Source: Candidatus Methanosuratincola verstraetei
GTDB lineage: Archaea; Thermoproteota; Methanomethylicia; Methanomethylicales; Methanomethylicaceae
Length of the DNA: 64,000 nt
Direction of reading: 5' to 3'
NCBI GenBank assembly: GCA_049570475.1
Contig: CP186953.1
Span: 1,024,001 to 1,088,000, forward strand
Shown here in pieces: positions 21,823 through 31,511 of this stretch (position 1 is its first letter; each line of letters opens with the position of its first letter). A program made the position numbers and the translations under genes. Below the pieces are notes generated by a model that was not told the origin of the DNA, ran no database searches, and was given only the letters and a program-made list of their open reading frames with translations.

Positions 21823-23442
21823 CTAATCTCGCTGGAACATGGTGAGCCTGGTCTGGCTCCTAGGGGCTCTCTTCGGCAACTCTGACTCGCTGACCCGCTG
21901 GGTGAACCCATAGACCCTCTCCACCTTCCTCATGACCCCAATCATCTTGTTCCTCTCGTGAGTCCCGGGGGTCACAAGGGCAAAGATCTTCGCAACGCTC
22001 TTCCCCTCTGACCTCCTGAGTACCCTGCCGAACCTCTGTATCCATTTCTTGGGGTTGCTCGGCGGATCGATCCAGATCTCGATGTCGGCGCTTGGAATGT
22101 CAAGCCCCTCCTCGCCGATGCTGGTGCAGACAAGTATGCTGGCCCGCTCCCTGAACTGCATGAGCGCGGATGCCTGCTCTTCCATCTTCATGTCCCCCTT
22201 GCCTACAAGCACAGCCACATCCTCGATCCCTCTGGATCTCTGAAGAACCCCGCCCAGCTCCTTGGCGCCCTCGACCGACTCCATGAACACTATTGCCTTG
22301 CTGAAACGCTCAGACTCTAGCAGCTGGATCGCTGCCGATATCTTATGGTTCGGCTGCTCCAAAACCAGCTCTTTGTACGCCTCAAGTATGCTCTTGCCTC
22401 CCAGCTCCCGCGCTGGTCTTGAAAGCTCCCTCATCTTCCAGATCCCGTATCCTGAGACGCTGCTCGCACCATCCTCGACAATCCTGGTCCTCATTATCTT
22501 CAGGGCTATCAGGCAGATGCATAGACCGTGATCCCTGCAGTACCCCCGCGCATGAGCAGGGCCGTAGATGCTCGCTACCCTTTCTTGCACCTCCTTGGCG
22601 ACGCTATAAAGCCCTTTGTAGATTGCAATAAGCCTTGGACTTGCCGGGACCCTCAAAATTGAGAGCTCCCTACCTGGCATCTGCCCCTTGACTTCTGGGT
22701 CTTCGATTGAGACCGACTCTATCGTTTCGAAGATCTTCCTCAACTCTCCGAGCCTCTTGGGTGAGTGTAGCTGGGGCGTTGCGCTCAGGGCAAGAATCTT
22801 TGCGCCCGACGCCTTTGCCGAGACTAGTATCGAATACCCATCGGTCTCCCCTATGTAGCCGTGGCACTCGTCCGCTATCAGTATGTCGTAGGGGAAGCGG
22901 AACCCCTCAGATTCGAAGATCTTGCGTAGGCGCCCGACAGGATCCCCCTCTGCCTTTGCCTGCCTTATCTCGATCTCGAACTCCGCGAGCAAATCGTTGT
23001 ATAGCGTCTGGGGGGTAGTCACAACGTAACCCGCGTTCCAGACCATCAGCTCCCTCCGCCTCTCGGGGGGGATGCTCCCTGAGATAAAATACGCATTCTC
23101 CAAGTTGAGCTGCTTCCTGGCGAAGATCGTCTGTTGCACCCCTAACGGGACTGAAGGGGTTAGGAAAGCGACCCTCGAAGGGCTTTTGCAGGTCATCCGG
23201 TGTATGTATGCTCCTGCAACGTAGGTCTTCCCCAGCCCGGTTGGCAGGCCCACTATGAGCGTCCCGTTGCTTATCTTTTCCAAGATCTTCTGCTGGAATG
23301 GGTAGAGCTGGTAGTTCAGGCTCTTTACCGACACGCTCTCCTTTTCGGGTATCCTCTTTGAGGGCGACAACCCTGAGCTGAGCACCTGCAGGGAATATCT
23401 GCCGCCATTCAAGAACTTGAGGTATTCTTCCCATTCCTGCAT
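21823..23442 (-). CDS. SF2 helicase, Hef/FANCM-like, with no nuclease domain
   Basis: LPTGLGKT, DECH, LSATP, TSIGEEGLDIP and IQRFGR; C-terminal QTRLTMF. Confidence 0.85.
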   Translation of the reverse strand: MQEWEEYLKFLNGGRYSLQVLSSGLSPSKRIPEKESVSVKSLNYQLYPFQQKILEKISNGTLIVGLPTGLGKTYVAGAYIHRMTCKSPSRVAFLTPSVPLGVQQTIFARKQLNLENAYFISGSIPPERRRELMVWNAGYVVTTPQTLYNDLLAEFEIEIRQAKAEGDPVGRLRKIFESEGFRFPYDILIADECHGYIGETDGYSILVSAKASGAKILALSATPQLHSPKRLGELRKIFETIESVSIEDPEVKGQMPGRELSILRVPASPRLIAIYKGLYSVAKEVQERVASIYGPAHARGYCRDHGLCICLIALKIMRTRIVEDGASSVSGYGIWKMRELSRPARELGGKSILEAYKELVLEQPNHKISAAIQLLESERFSKAIVFMESVEGAKELGGVLQRSRGIEDVAVLVGKGDMKMEEQASALMQFRERASILVCTSIGEEGLDIPSADIEIWIDPPSNPKKWIQRFGRVLRRSEGKSVAKIFALVTPGTHERNKMIGVMRKVERVYGFTQRVSESELPKRAPRSQTRLTMFQRD

Positions 23443-23616
23443 CCCGATCTCGCCTGCCCGTCCACATTAAACGTCTCTGCTTTTGTCCCTTGCCTATTTC
23501 GCTGGGCGCTCTGCTGGAATGATTTGAAAAACAATATATATAAAAAATAATAAAATTTGCAATAGAACCTGATCCAACACAAGAGGTCTATCTTTGAGGC
23601 CGCCCACGTAGATGTC

Positions 23617-25095
23617 TTGGCAGGCGTTGCATTGCTGATCCTTGTGACAATAACTAGGGCGTACAGCTATCTCCTCTTCCATTCGTTAGTAGAGCTTTTT
23701 TCTATTGTTATTGCCTTCTCGATCTTCCTGATCGCCTGGAACTCCAAGCAATCCATGGACAACGACTTTTTGCTGTTCCTTGGAATAGTGTACCTTTTTG
23801 TTGGGATAATCGATCTCTTCCACACTCTTGCCTACAAAGGAATGGGCGTCTTCCCGGGGTTTGACTCAAATTTGCCTACGCAGCTCTAGATCACAGCACG
23901 ATACTTCGAGTCCACGGGCTTGTTAATTTCTACGGTCTTCCTGAAAAGAAAACTCAGGCCAGCACTAGCGTTGGCGCTCTATGCTTCGGCGACTTCTATT
24001 GCGCTGCTCTCGATTTTCTCACGTTCATTTCCGGTCTGCTATATCGAAGGTTATGGCCTGACCGTTTTCAAAGTGGCGAGCGAGTACATCATAGTCCTGG
24101 TTTTGGCCCTCTCCATAATCCGAATATACCGATTGAGATCCTTGTTCGACAGGCACGTTCTCTTCCTTGTCAGCTCTTCGATCGCTGTGACCGCGTTCTC
24201 GGAACTGTCTTTCACACTATATCTCGATGTTTACGGCTTGTTCAACATGCTAGGGCACATTCTCAAGCTGATTTCATTCTATCTGATCTATATGTCGATC
24301 GTGAGGGTCGGGATCACAATCCCTCATGCCCTCCTCTTCCGCGCTACCAAGGAGAACGAGGAGAGGCTTCAGAGGATCGTCGAGGAAAAGACGCGTGGAA
24401 TCCTGAAGTTGCAGGAGCGCCTCTTGGAGATCGAGCGGGGTGCAGCCTTCGGTGAAGTGGCCGCCTCAGTGATCCATGACATGAAATCGCCGATGCAAAC
24501 GCTTCTAAATCTAGTGTTCATGCTCCGCAATTCAGAATCCGTGGGCAGAGACGAAAAATTGAAAGGCATTCTGGATCGAATCGATCAGCAAATATCGTAC
24601 CTTAATAATGTAACTTTGGAACTGAAGCAATATGCCAAGCCAATGAAGCCGTCAATCTCTCCCGTTGACCTCAACGAACTCCTGCTTGGTGTGCTTAAGT
24701 CGATAGAAATCCCAAGCAATATAAAGGCAGAAATTAACCTTCCCGAGGGCTTGCCGAGGATCCTTGCAGACCCCATTTTCATGCAGCGCACGTTCCACAA
24801 TGTCATCCTCAATGCCATCGAGGCGATGCCAGGTGGAGGAATCCTACGAGTCTCCGCCGAAAAAGAAGGAAATCAGCTGGTTGTGACCGTCTCAGACACG
24901 GGGGTGGGGATCGCGCCCGAGGACAAGGAAAAACTATTCCGCCCCATGTTCACCACAAAAAAGGGCGGGACAGGCCTTGGTTTGGCAATTAGCAAGAGGC
25001 TTTTGGAGTCGATAGGCGGCTCTATAGATTTCACCAGTGAAAAAGGAAAAGGGACGACCTTCAGAATAAGAATCCCTGCATCGGATCAGGCATAG
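23617..25095 (+). pseudogene. MASE3-domain membrane histidine kinase interrupted by an in-frame TAG (23887-23889)
   Basis: YLLFHSLVELFSI, HTLAYKGMGVF, NLPTQL*ITARY in one frame, continuing to HDMKSP, DTGVGI and GTGLGL. Confidence 0.85.
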
Positions 25096-25139
25096 CAAGA
25101 GCCGCTTCAGTGGTCGGCTAGGATTCCATATACCGCAGC

Positions 25140-25192
25140 TTTACGGAATAATCGGGAGAGCGACCACAGGCTTTAGCCGTGGGGGTGCTTCA
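25140..25192 (+). repeat. IS200/IS605-end-like palindromic element, copy 1
   Basis: CCACAGGC-TTTA-GCCGTGG hairpin ending ...TCA; 41/53 identical to 51477-51529 by manual alignment. Confidence 0.7.
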
Positions 25193-25206
25193 GCAACCAA
25201 TAACCC

Positions 25207-25222
25207 AAAAAATTTAAAATAC
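25207..25222 (+). promoter_or_regulatory. BRE/TATA box of tRNA-Glu
   Basis: AAAAAATTTAAAAT about 25-35 nt upstream of the tRNA. Confidence 0.65.
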
Positions 25223-25245
25223 CCGCCTAGCATTCCAACAATTAC

Positions 25246-25339
<94 letters not shown>

Positions 25340-25674
25340 ATTTTTCCATTTGGCATATGCTCGGGAACCCCTTGATCCAGTCCCTCGGTTGACGACTGAA
25401 CTGCACAAAGGGGGGATTGAACCCCCTCCCACTCCAGCAGTGGTGTGTGTATTTTGAAATCCGTGACCCGGACAGCTTAGGGATTGCCGAAGACTCTCCT
25501 GGATCCTACGACTCCCCGTCTGTGTGCTAGCGGGTTTGGGGGAGTCTGGGCGCTCAATGCGATCGGAACAACTGCGATGCACTTGGTGGGAAAGGCAAGT
25601 TAATATGGTCGATTTCCCTTTTGGCGGTCTAATTTTTATTAATCAGATCAGCAATAAACAATACGGTGTAATTA

Positions 25675-27555
25675 TTGCCGGAAATTAGTGCGCATGAATC
25701 GATAAGGAAGATGTACGAGAAGCTCAAGGCAGACGGGATCTCGAACGTATGGGATCGATGGCAGGCGCAGGAGCAGGTCCGGTGCAGATCCTTCTGCATG
25801 AAGGGTCTCAGCTGCCAGTTCTGCAGCAACGGTCCTTGCAGGATCATACCTGGCAAGCTCGAGCGCGGTACCTGCGGCATAGATGCCGATGCCATGGCAA
25901 TGCGCTATATGCTCCTCAGGAATGCTATGGGGCTCTCGACCTACACCTACCATGCAAGGGAGGTCGCGAGGACGCTAATCGCCACTGGCTTGGGAAAGAC
26001 CCCTTACTCCATAAAGGACGCATCCAAGCTAAGGATGCTGGCCAGGATATACGGAATAGCCGATTCAAAGAGCGACTCGCAGCTTGCAGTTGAAGTTGGA
26101 AATGCGATCCTCCGGGAGATAAACGCCGACCCCTCAGAGCGGCTGAGCACCCTCGCCCTCGCCACAGCGGGCAGGATCGAGACCTGGAGGGGGCTTGGGA
26201 TACTGCCTGGGGGTCCTGCGAATGAGCAGATTGACGCCGTGTCGCACTGCCTGACGAACGTGGACGGCGACTACGTCTCCCTCGCTAAGACGGCGATGCG
26301 CCTTGCCCTCTCATGCATCTATGGATCTCAGATCCCGCTCGAGCTCGGTCAGGACGCTCTCTTCGGGACGCCCCGCCCGCATGTCGTCTCTTTTGACCTT
26401 GGGATCCTGGATCCGGAGTACGTCAACATCGTGGTTAACGGTCATGAGCCGTTCTTTGGGGTCGCGCTGATAGGCCGCTGCAAGGATCCGTCCGTCCAGG
26501 CAATGGCAAGAGAGATCGGCGCCAAGGGCATACGCGTGATAGGATCCATCGAAACCGGGCAGGAGATGCTCCAGCGGATGGCAACGGACGACGTTTATGT
26601 TGGGATGACTGGTAACTGGATCACTATAGAGCCTCTGGTAGCAACTAACGCGGTAGACCTGTTTGCCATGGACATGAATTGCTCGCCCCCATCCCTCGAG
26701 CTCTACGCGAAGCAGTATTCGACCACCTTCGTCTCGGTCTCTCCGCTCGTGAACGTCCCAGGCATAACAAGGCATGTCGACTACCTGCCCGAGGAGGTCT
26801 CAAGGCAGGCTGACGAGCTCGTAAGGCTAGCCATTGAGAACTTCAAAAAGAGGAAAGGCTCAGCCAGCAGCGTCCCTATGGCGAAGCGGAGCGCGATTGT
26901 GGGCTTCTCGGTCGAATCGATACTCGAGGCGCTTGGGGGGTCGCTGGAGCCACTCCTCGCCGAGATAAAATCAGGAAGCGTGAGGGGTGTCGTCGGTCTA
27001 GTCTCCTGCACGACGCTCGGCAACGGCCCGCACGATCTGCCTACGATCACTGTGGCCAAGGAGCTGATAGGCCGGGACGTCCTGGTCCTCTCAATGGGAT
27101 GCGGGAATGCCGCGCTGCAGGTGGCCGGCCTCTGCTCGCCTGAGGCAAGGGAACTTGCCGGACCAGGCTTGAAGAGGGTCTGCGGATCGCTCGGCATACC
27201 GCCGGTCCTCTCGTTCGGGACCTGCACTGATACGGGGCGCCTTTCAATACTCGTCTCCGAGGTCGCAAAGGCGCTCCATGTCGACATCCCCGATCTCCCA
27301 ATCGCGGTCACTGCCCCTCAGTACATGGAACAGAAGGCTACGATCGACGCAATCTTTGCGCTTGCCTTGGGCGTGCTTACCCACGTATCCCCAACCCCGC
27401 CTATTGTCGGGGGCTCCAGGTTGATGAAGCTGCTATCGCAGGACCTTGCACACGTCACAGGCGGGTCCCTCCTCATCGAGGATGACATGGTTAAGGCGGC
27501 TGAGAAGATAGCAATCCACATAGAGGGAAAGCGGTCGGCGTTGGGTCTCAGCTGA
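25675..27555 (+). CDS. cooS: CO dehydrogenase catalytic-subunit homolog (CooS) with atypical C-cluster ligands
   Basis: CQFCSNGPC B-cluster, NGHEP, DMNC, SCTT, MGCG, GTCTD and EQKA. Confidence 0.92.
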   Translation: MPEISAHESIRKMYEKLKADGISNVWDRWQAQEQVRCRSFCMKGLSCQFCSNGPCRIIPGKLERGTCGIDADAMAMRYMLLRNAMGLSTYTYHAREVARTLIATGLGKTPYSIKDASKLRMLARIYGIADSKSDSQLAVEVGNAILREINADPSERLSTLALATAGRIETWRGLGILPGGPANEQIDAVSHCLTNVDGDYVSLAKTAMRLALSCIYGSQIPLELGQDALFGTPRPHVVSFDLGILDPEYVNIVVNGHEPFFGVALIGRCKDPSVQAMAREIGAKGIRVIGSIETGQEMLQRMATDDVYVGMTGNWITIEPLVATNAVDLFAMDMNCSPPSLELYAKQYSTTFVSVSPLVNVPGITRHVDYLPEEVSRQADELVRLAIENFKKRKGSASSVPMAKRSAIVGFSVESILEALGGSLEPLLAEIKSGSVRGVVGLVSCTTLGNGPHDLPTITVAKELIGRDVLVLSMGCGNAALQVAGLCSPEARELAGPGLKRVCGSLGIPPVLSFGTCTDTGRLSILVSEVAKALHVDIPDLPIAVTAPQYMEQKATIDAIFALALGVLTHVSPTPPIVGGSRLMKLLSQDLAHVTGGSLLIEDDMVKAAEKIAIHIEGKRSALGLS

Positions 27556-27653
27556 CACAGTCCGGATCGACCTCTTGAAGGTGCAGACAGGCTCCGCCCG
27601 CCTTTGGTGGCGGGAATGCAAATTCTTTTATCTATTCGCGGGATAGGTGACTC

Positions 27654-28655
27654 ATGGAACCTAAAGAAGCAGCAAAGAACGCAATCAAGTTTGTCTTTGA
27701 TGCGATCCCAAATGAGCGCCTGACAGTGATCTGCGACGACTGCAGGCTAGACATAGGGGAGTCCTTTGCGCTTGGGGCACTCGAGCTCGGGCTCGCCACC
27801 AGGCTCATCCCCCTCGAAACCGGAGGGGATGTTAGAAGCGGGCTGCCTGAGCGCGTCTCCGAGGTCGTCGCCAGGAATGCCTCTGACATCTTCATCACAG
27901 TCTTCAGGGAGAGCGAGAAAGAGACCCCTTTCCGCGTCAGCATAATTGACCTGATATCGAGGTACAGGAAGTTCCGGCTGGGTCATTGCCCGGGGATAAC
28001 CATGGATATGCTGACCGATGGCGCCCTCTCGCTGACAGATGAGGAGCACAGGTCGATGTACTCGTCAGCCCTTGGTCTGATCTCGCGGTTAATGGACGTG
28101 AGGAGGATCAGGGTGACCAGCCCAAACGGGACCGACATCTCCTTCAGCGTCGAGGGGAGGGATTTCTTCACCGACACAAAGTTCGACTGGGGGCTCTTCA
28201 AATGGTGCAACCTCCCGACAGGGGAGGTCATTGTAGCCCCGGTTGAGACTTCCCTTGAGGGGAAGATCGTCTGCGACCTTGCAATCGGAGGCATCGGACC
28301 AATTCAGACGCCATTTGAGATAGTTGCTAGGGGCGGGCGGGCTGCAGAGTTCAGGTGTGATGACAGGGAAATATTATCGAGGGTCGAGACCGCACTGGGA
28401 GTCGACGAGATGGCTAGGTATGTCGGGGAGTTCGCATTTGGCCTCAACAAGAAGGCGAGGGTCAACGCCGGTTTCCTCGAGGCCGAGAAGGTCGCGAATA
28501 CAATCCATGTGGCATTCGGGCACAACACAGACTTCCCAGGCGGCAGGAACAGATCCGCAACGCACATGGACTTCCTGATCTCCAGGCCCACCGTGGAGTG
28601 CACGTACTCCTCAGGGATCACCGAGGCGGTAATGCGCGACGGCAGGATACTCTAA
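27654..28655 (+). CDS. M29-type (leucyl) aminopeptidase
   Basis: NLPTGEV, GEFAFGLN, EAEK, HVAFG and HMD. Confidence 0.88.
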   Translation: MEPKEAAKNAIKFVFDAIPNERLTVICDDCRLDIGESFALGALELGLATRLIPLETGGDVRSGLPERVSEVVARNASDIFITVFRESEKETPFRVSIIDLISRYRKFRLGHCPGITMDMLTDGALSLTDEEHRSMYSSALGLISRLMDVRRIRVTSPNGTDISFSVEGRDFFTDTKFDWGLFKWCNLPTGEVIVAPVETSLEGKIVCDLAIGGIGPIQTPFEIVARGGRAAEFRCDDREILSRVETALGVDEMARYVGEFAFGLNKKARVNAGFLEAEKVANTIHVAFGHNTDFPGGRNRSATHMDFLISRPTVECTYSSGITEAVMRDGRIL

Positions 28656-29572
28656 CCCTTGCATAGCTCAAGGATCATCTCCCACTCCTCGTCGATCCTT
28701 TTCTTCATTGCCTCAATCTTGGAAGGATCCGCTTCGGAGAACCTCCCCTGAATTCTGAGATACTCCTCGAGCGGGCGCCTCCTTGACCTATCTGCTAGCC
28801 CTGAAGATGGCCCTGTGAGCCTGCACCTCCCGCCGGTCCACTCGTAAAGTATCCAGGCCCCGGTCTCGACCGCGAGCCTCCCGACTTCGACCGTCTTCTC
28901 GGACGGGTACCTCCAGCCAGGCGGGCATGGGGAAAGCAGATGGATGTACCTCGTCCCCTTAATCGAGACTGCCCTCCTGAGCTTGTTCGCGAAGTCGAGC
29001 GGGTAGGATGCGCACGCGGTCGCTACGTAGGGGATCCTGTGTGCCATCATTATCCCTGGGACATCCTTCTTCCGCTCAGCCTTCCCTGTTATTGTGGTGG
29101 TAGTCCTCGCTCCTTCGGACGTGCTGCTGCTCCTCTGTGTACCTGTGTTCATGTACGCCTCGTTGTCGTAGCAGATATAGATCAGATCGTCTCCCCTCTC
29201 CGCTGCCCCGCTCAGCGACTGAATGCCTATGTCAGCCGTGCCGCCGTCACCTGCCCAGCAGACGACATACACATCAGTGATCCCCTTCATCTCCAGCGCT
29301 GCCCTTATCCCGGATGCCGTGGCGGCTGAGGCAGCAAATGCGGTGTTGAAGACTGGGACCTTAGACGGCGTCTTGGGGTAGTGCCCCTGCGCCACCGACA
29401 TGCAGCAGGCCGGGACAATTAGGACCGTTCTAGGCCCGAGCGCCTTTAGCCCTATCCTCATTGCCATGACTGCCGCGCAACCGGGGCATGCCGCATTCCC
29501 GGGGAGAAGATATTCCTCGTCTGTCAGGTTCTTTAAAGTGAAAGTTTCCGTTATCCCTTGATGCCCCACCAT
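28652..29572 (-). CDS. porB: Pyruvate/2-oxoacid:ferredoxin oxidoreductase beta subunit
   Basis: ACPGC, GDGG..DIG TPP motif, DNEAYMNTG and SPCPPGW. Confidence 0.93.
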   Translation of the reverse strand: MVGHQGITETFTLKNLTDEEYLLPGNAACPGCAAVMAMRIGLKALGPRTVLIVPACCMSVAQGHYPKTPSKVPVFNTAFAASAATASGIRAALEMKGITDVYVVCWAGDGGTADIGIQSLSGAAERGDDLIYICYDNEAYMNTGTQRSSSTSEGARTTTTITGKAERKKDVPGIMMAHRIPYVATACASYPLDFANKLRRAVSIKGTRYIHLLSPCPPGWRYPSEKTVEVGRLAVETGAWILYEWTGGRCRLTGPSSGLADRSRRRPLEEYLRIQGRFSEADPSKIEAMKKRIDEEWEMILELCKG

Positions 29573-30702
29573 ATTTCCCTCCCCTCCTCGCCCGCTTCTG
29601 CCCTGCTAATCGCATCCTTGGCGATCCCAGAAAAGTCCGCCACGCTAAGGTCGCGACCCCCGATCCCAGCTATGTAATTGAAAGGCTTTGCCCCAATTGC
29701 CGAAGCCACCTCTTGTCCGATTATGCCGCCGGAACCGAAGGAGTAATCCCTGTCGACCACGGCGACCGCCCTGCATCCCTGCACTGCTGCCCTGATCTTC
29801 TCAGCGGGGAACGGCCTGAGGACCCTAAGCCTCGCAACTCCGGCCCTGATCCCCTCGTCCCTAAGGGCGTCCGCCGCGTCCTTCGCATCCCCAGAGGACG
29901 CGCCGACCACCACCAGTATGACCTCCGCGCCTGAAGTCCTGTATTCCTCCACCAATCCCGCCTGCCCCCTGCCCGAGATCCTGCTGAACTCGGAGGCCGC
30001 CTCCTCGATCACTCTGGCACTATCCTTCACCCTCTCCATTATCGAATGCCTGATCTCCATCATCCTCTCTGGTCCTGCCATGTTCCCGTATGTGGTCGGG
30101 TCTTGGAAGTCTATTACCTTCCACCCCCCTTCAGGTGCCGGAAGAAAGGCATCAGCCTCCTCCTGCCCAATCAGCTCCAGCCTCTCCGAAGTGTGCGAGA
30201 GTGAGAACGCATCGAGACCGAACATGACTGGCTGCCTCACCCTCCTGTCCTCGGCAATCCTGAAAGCCTGTATAGATGAATCGTAAGCCTCCTGCACGCT
30301 CTCGCACATTATGACTATCCATCCCGCGTCCCGCTGGGTTAGCATGTCCGTGTGCTCATTCCAAATGCTCCAAGGGGGGGCAAGTGCCCTAGTCACCACT
30401 GCCATCACCACCGGGAAGCTCCCGAGTCCTGCCCAGAATACCATCTCGCTCATGTACAACAGCCCTTGCGAGGACGTGGCAGTGAAGGCTCTCGCGCCGC
30501 AGGCTGATGCGCCAATGCAGGCTGCCATCGCGCTGTGCTCCGACTCCACCCGCAGAAACTTTGCGCGCATTTCCCCCTTCTCGATGAATTCGGAGAGCTT
30601 TTCGATGATCTGCGTCTGGGGGGTTATCGGGTAGGCTGCTATCACCTCTGCCCTCGCCGCCTTCACGCCGTACGCAACAGCGTGGTTTCCGGTCGCTATC
30701 AA
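29551..30702 (-). CDS. porA: Pyruvate/2-oxoacid:ferredoxin oxidoreductase alpha subunit
   Basis: AYPITPQT, VESEHSA, TATSSQGL and RPFP. Confidence 0.93.
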   Translation of the reverse strand: MIATGNHAVAYGVKAARAEVIAAYPITPQTQIIEKLSEFIEKGEMRAKFLRVESEHSAMAACIGASACGARAFTATSSQGLLYMSEMVFWAGLGSFPVVMAVVTRALAPPWSIWNEHTDMLTQRDAGWIVIMCESVQEAYDSSIQAFRIAEDRRVRQPVMFGLDAFSLSHTSERLELIGQEEADAFLPAPEGGWKVIDFQDPTTYGNMAGPERMMEIRHSIMERVKDSARVIEEAASEFSRISGRGQAGLVEEYRTSGAEVILVVVGASSGDAKDAADALRDEGIRAGVARLRVLRPFPAEKIRAAVQGCRAVAVVDRDYSFGSGGIIGQEVASAIGAKPFNYIAGIGGRDLSVADFSGIAKDAISRAEAGEEGREIWWGIKG

Positions 30703-30706
30703 ACGA

Positions 30707-30958
30707 CTAAACCTCCCTTACCATTTTTATGGCATGGGTAGCGCAGACCTCGGCGCATATGCCGCAGCCCTTGCAGAATTCGTACACTATCCAGACCTCT
30801 CCTTTGCTACCCCTCCTTACTACGCCCTCAGGGCAGAATAGCCAGCATAGGTGGCACTTCGTGCACTTGCTGCTGTCCACCACAGGCCTCTTGATCCTCC
30901 ACATCCCTGTAAGCCCGCCTGCCCCCTCCCTTCCTCTCGAGACAGGCAAAACTACCAA
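30707..30958 (-). CDS. porD: 2-oxoacid:ferredoxin oxidoreductase delta subunit
   Basis: TGMWR..RP and two CxxCxxCxxxC motifs. Confidence 0.93.
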   Translation of the reverse strand: MVVLPVSRGREGAGGLTGMWRIKRPVVDSSKCTKCHLCWLFCPEGVVRRGSKGEVWIVYEFCKGCGICAEVCATHAIKMVREV

Positions 30959-31497
30959 GCTTTCACCCCCTCATAACCCGACGCGGCTGCCCTGCGGTTC
31001 CTGTCTGCCACCTCCCCCTTCCACCTGGAGTTGATCACCTTGAGTACCGTCTCCTTGCTTATTACGCCGGTCACCTTCGAGACCGCCCCGAAGATCACGG
31101 TGCTCAATATCGCCCAGCCTGCGCTCACCAATCCATTCCCAACCGCAATCCCCGTGGCGTCTATAAGTGCGACCCTGAATCCCTCCAGCTGCGGCTCCTG
31201 CTTGTGGTTCACCACCAGTATTGCCCCCTCGGGAGCGCCATCAAAGACATCCTTCATGTAGAGGAGGAGGGGATCGCATACTGCAACGATTTGCGGTCTC
31301 CGGACCTGTGAATGCCGCCTGATTGGCGATTCAGAGATCCTTGTGGAGGCGCTTACCGGGGCCCCCCTCCTCTCCGCACCAAAGAGGGGTATTGACTGCG
31401 CGTAGAATCCTTCGACGATGGCAGCCTCAGCGATCATCTCGGCGGCGGTAACTATCCCCTGGCCGCCCCTCCCGTGGAATCTTATCTCAAGGAACAA
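30952..31497 (-). CDS. porG: 2-oxoacid:ferredoxin oxidoreductase gamma subunit
   Basis: EIRFHGRGGQG and FGAERRGAPV. Confidence 0.94.
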   Translation of the reverse strand: MFLEIRFHGRGGQGIVTAAEMIAEAAIVEGFYAQSIPLFGAERRGAPVSASTRISESPIRRHSQVRRPQIVAVCDPLLLYMKDVFDGAPEGAILVVNHKQEPQLEGFRVALIDATGIAVGNGLVSAGWAILSTVIFGAVSKVTGVISKETVLKVINSRWKGEVADRNRRAAASGYEGVKAW

Positions 31498-31511
31498 GGG
31501 GACCGCCTATA

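Noticed and set aside
25491-25500. AGACTCTCCT shared with the C/D sRNA guide region (56808-56817)
   Set aside because: A 10-nt match is expected by chance in a window this size.
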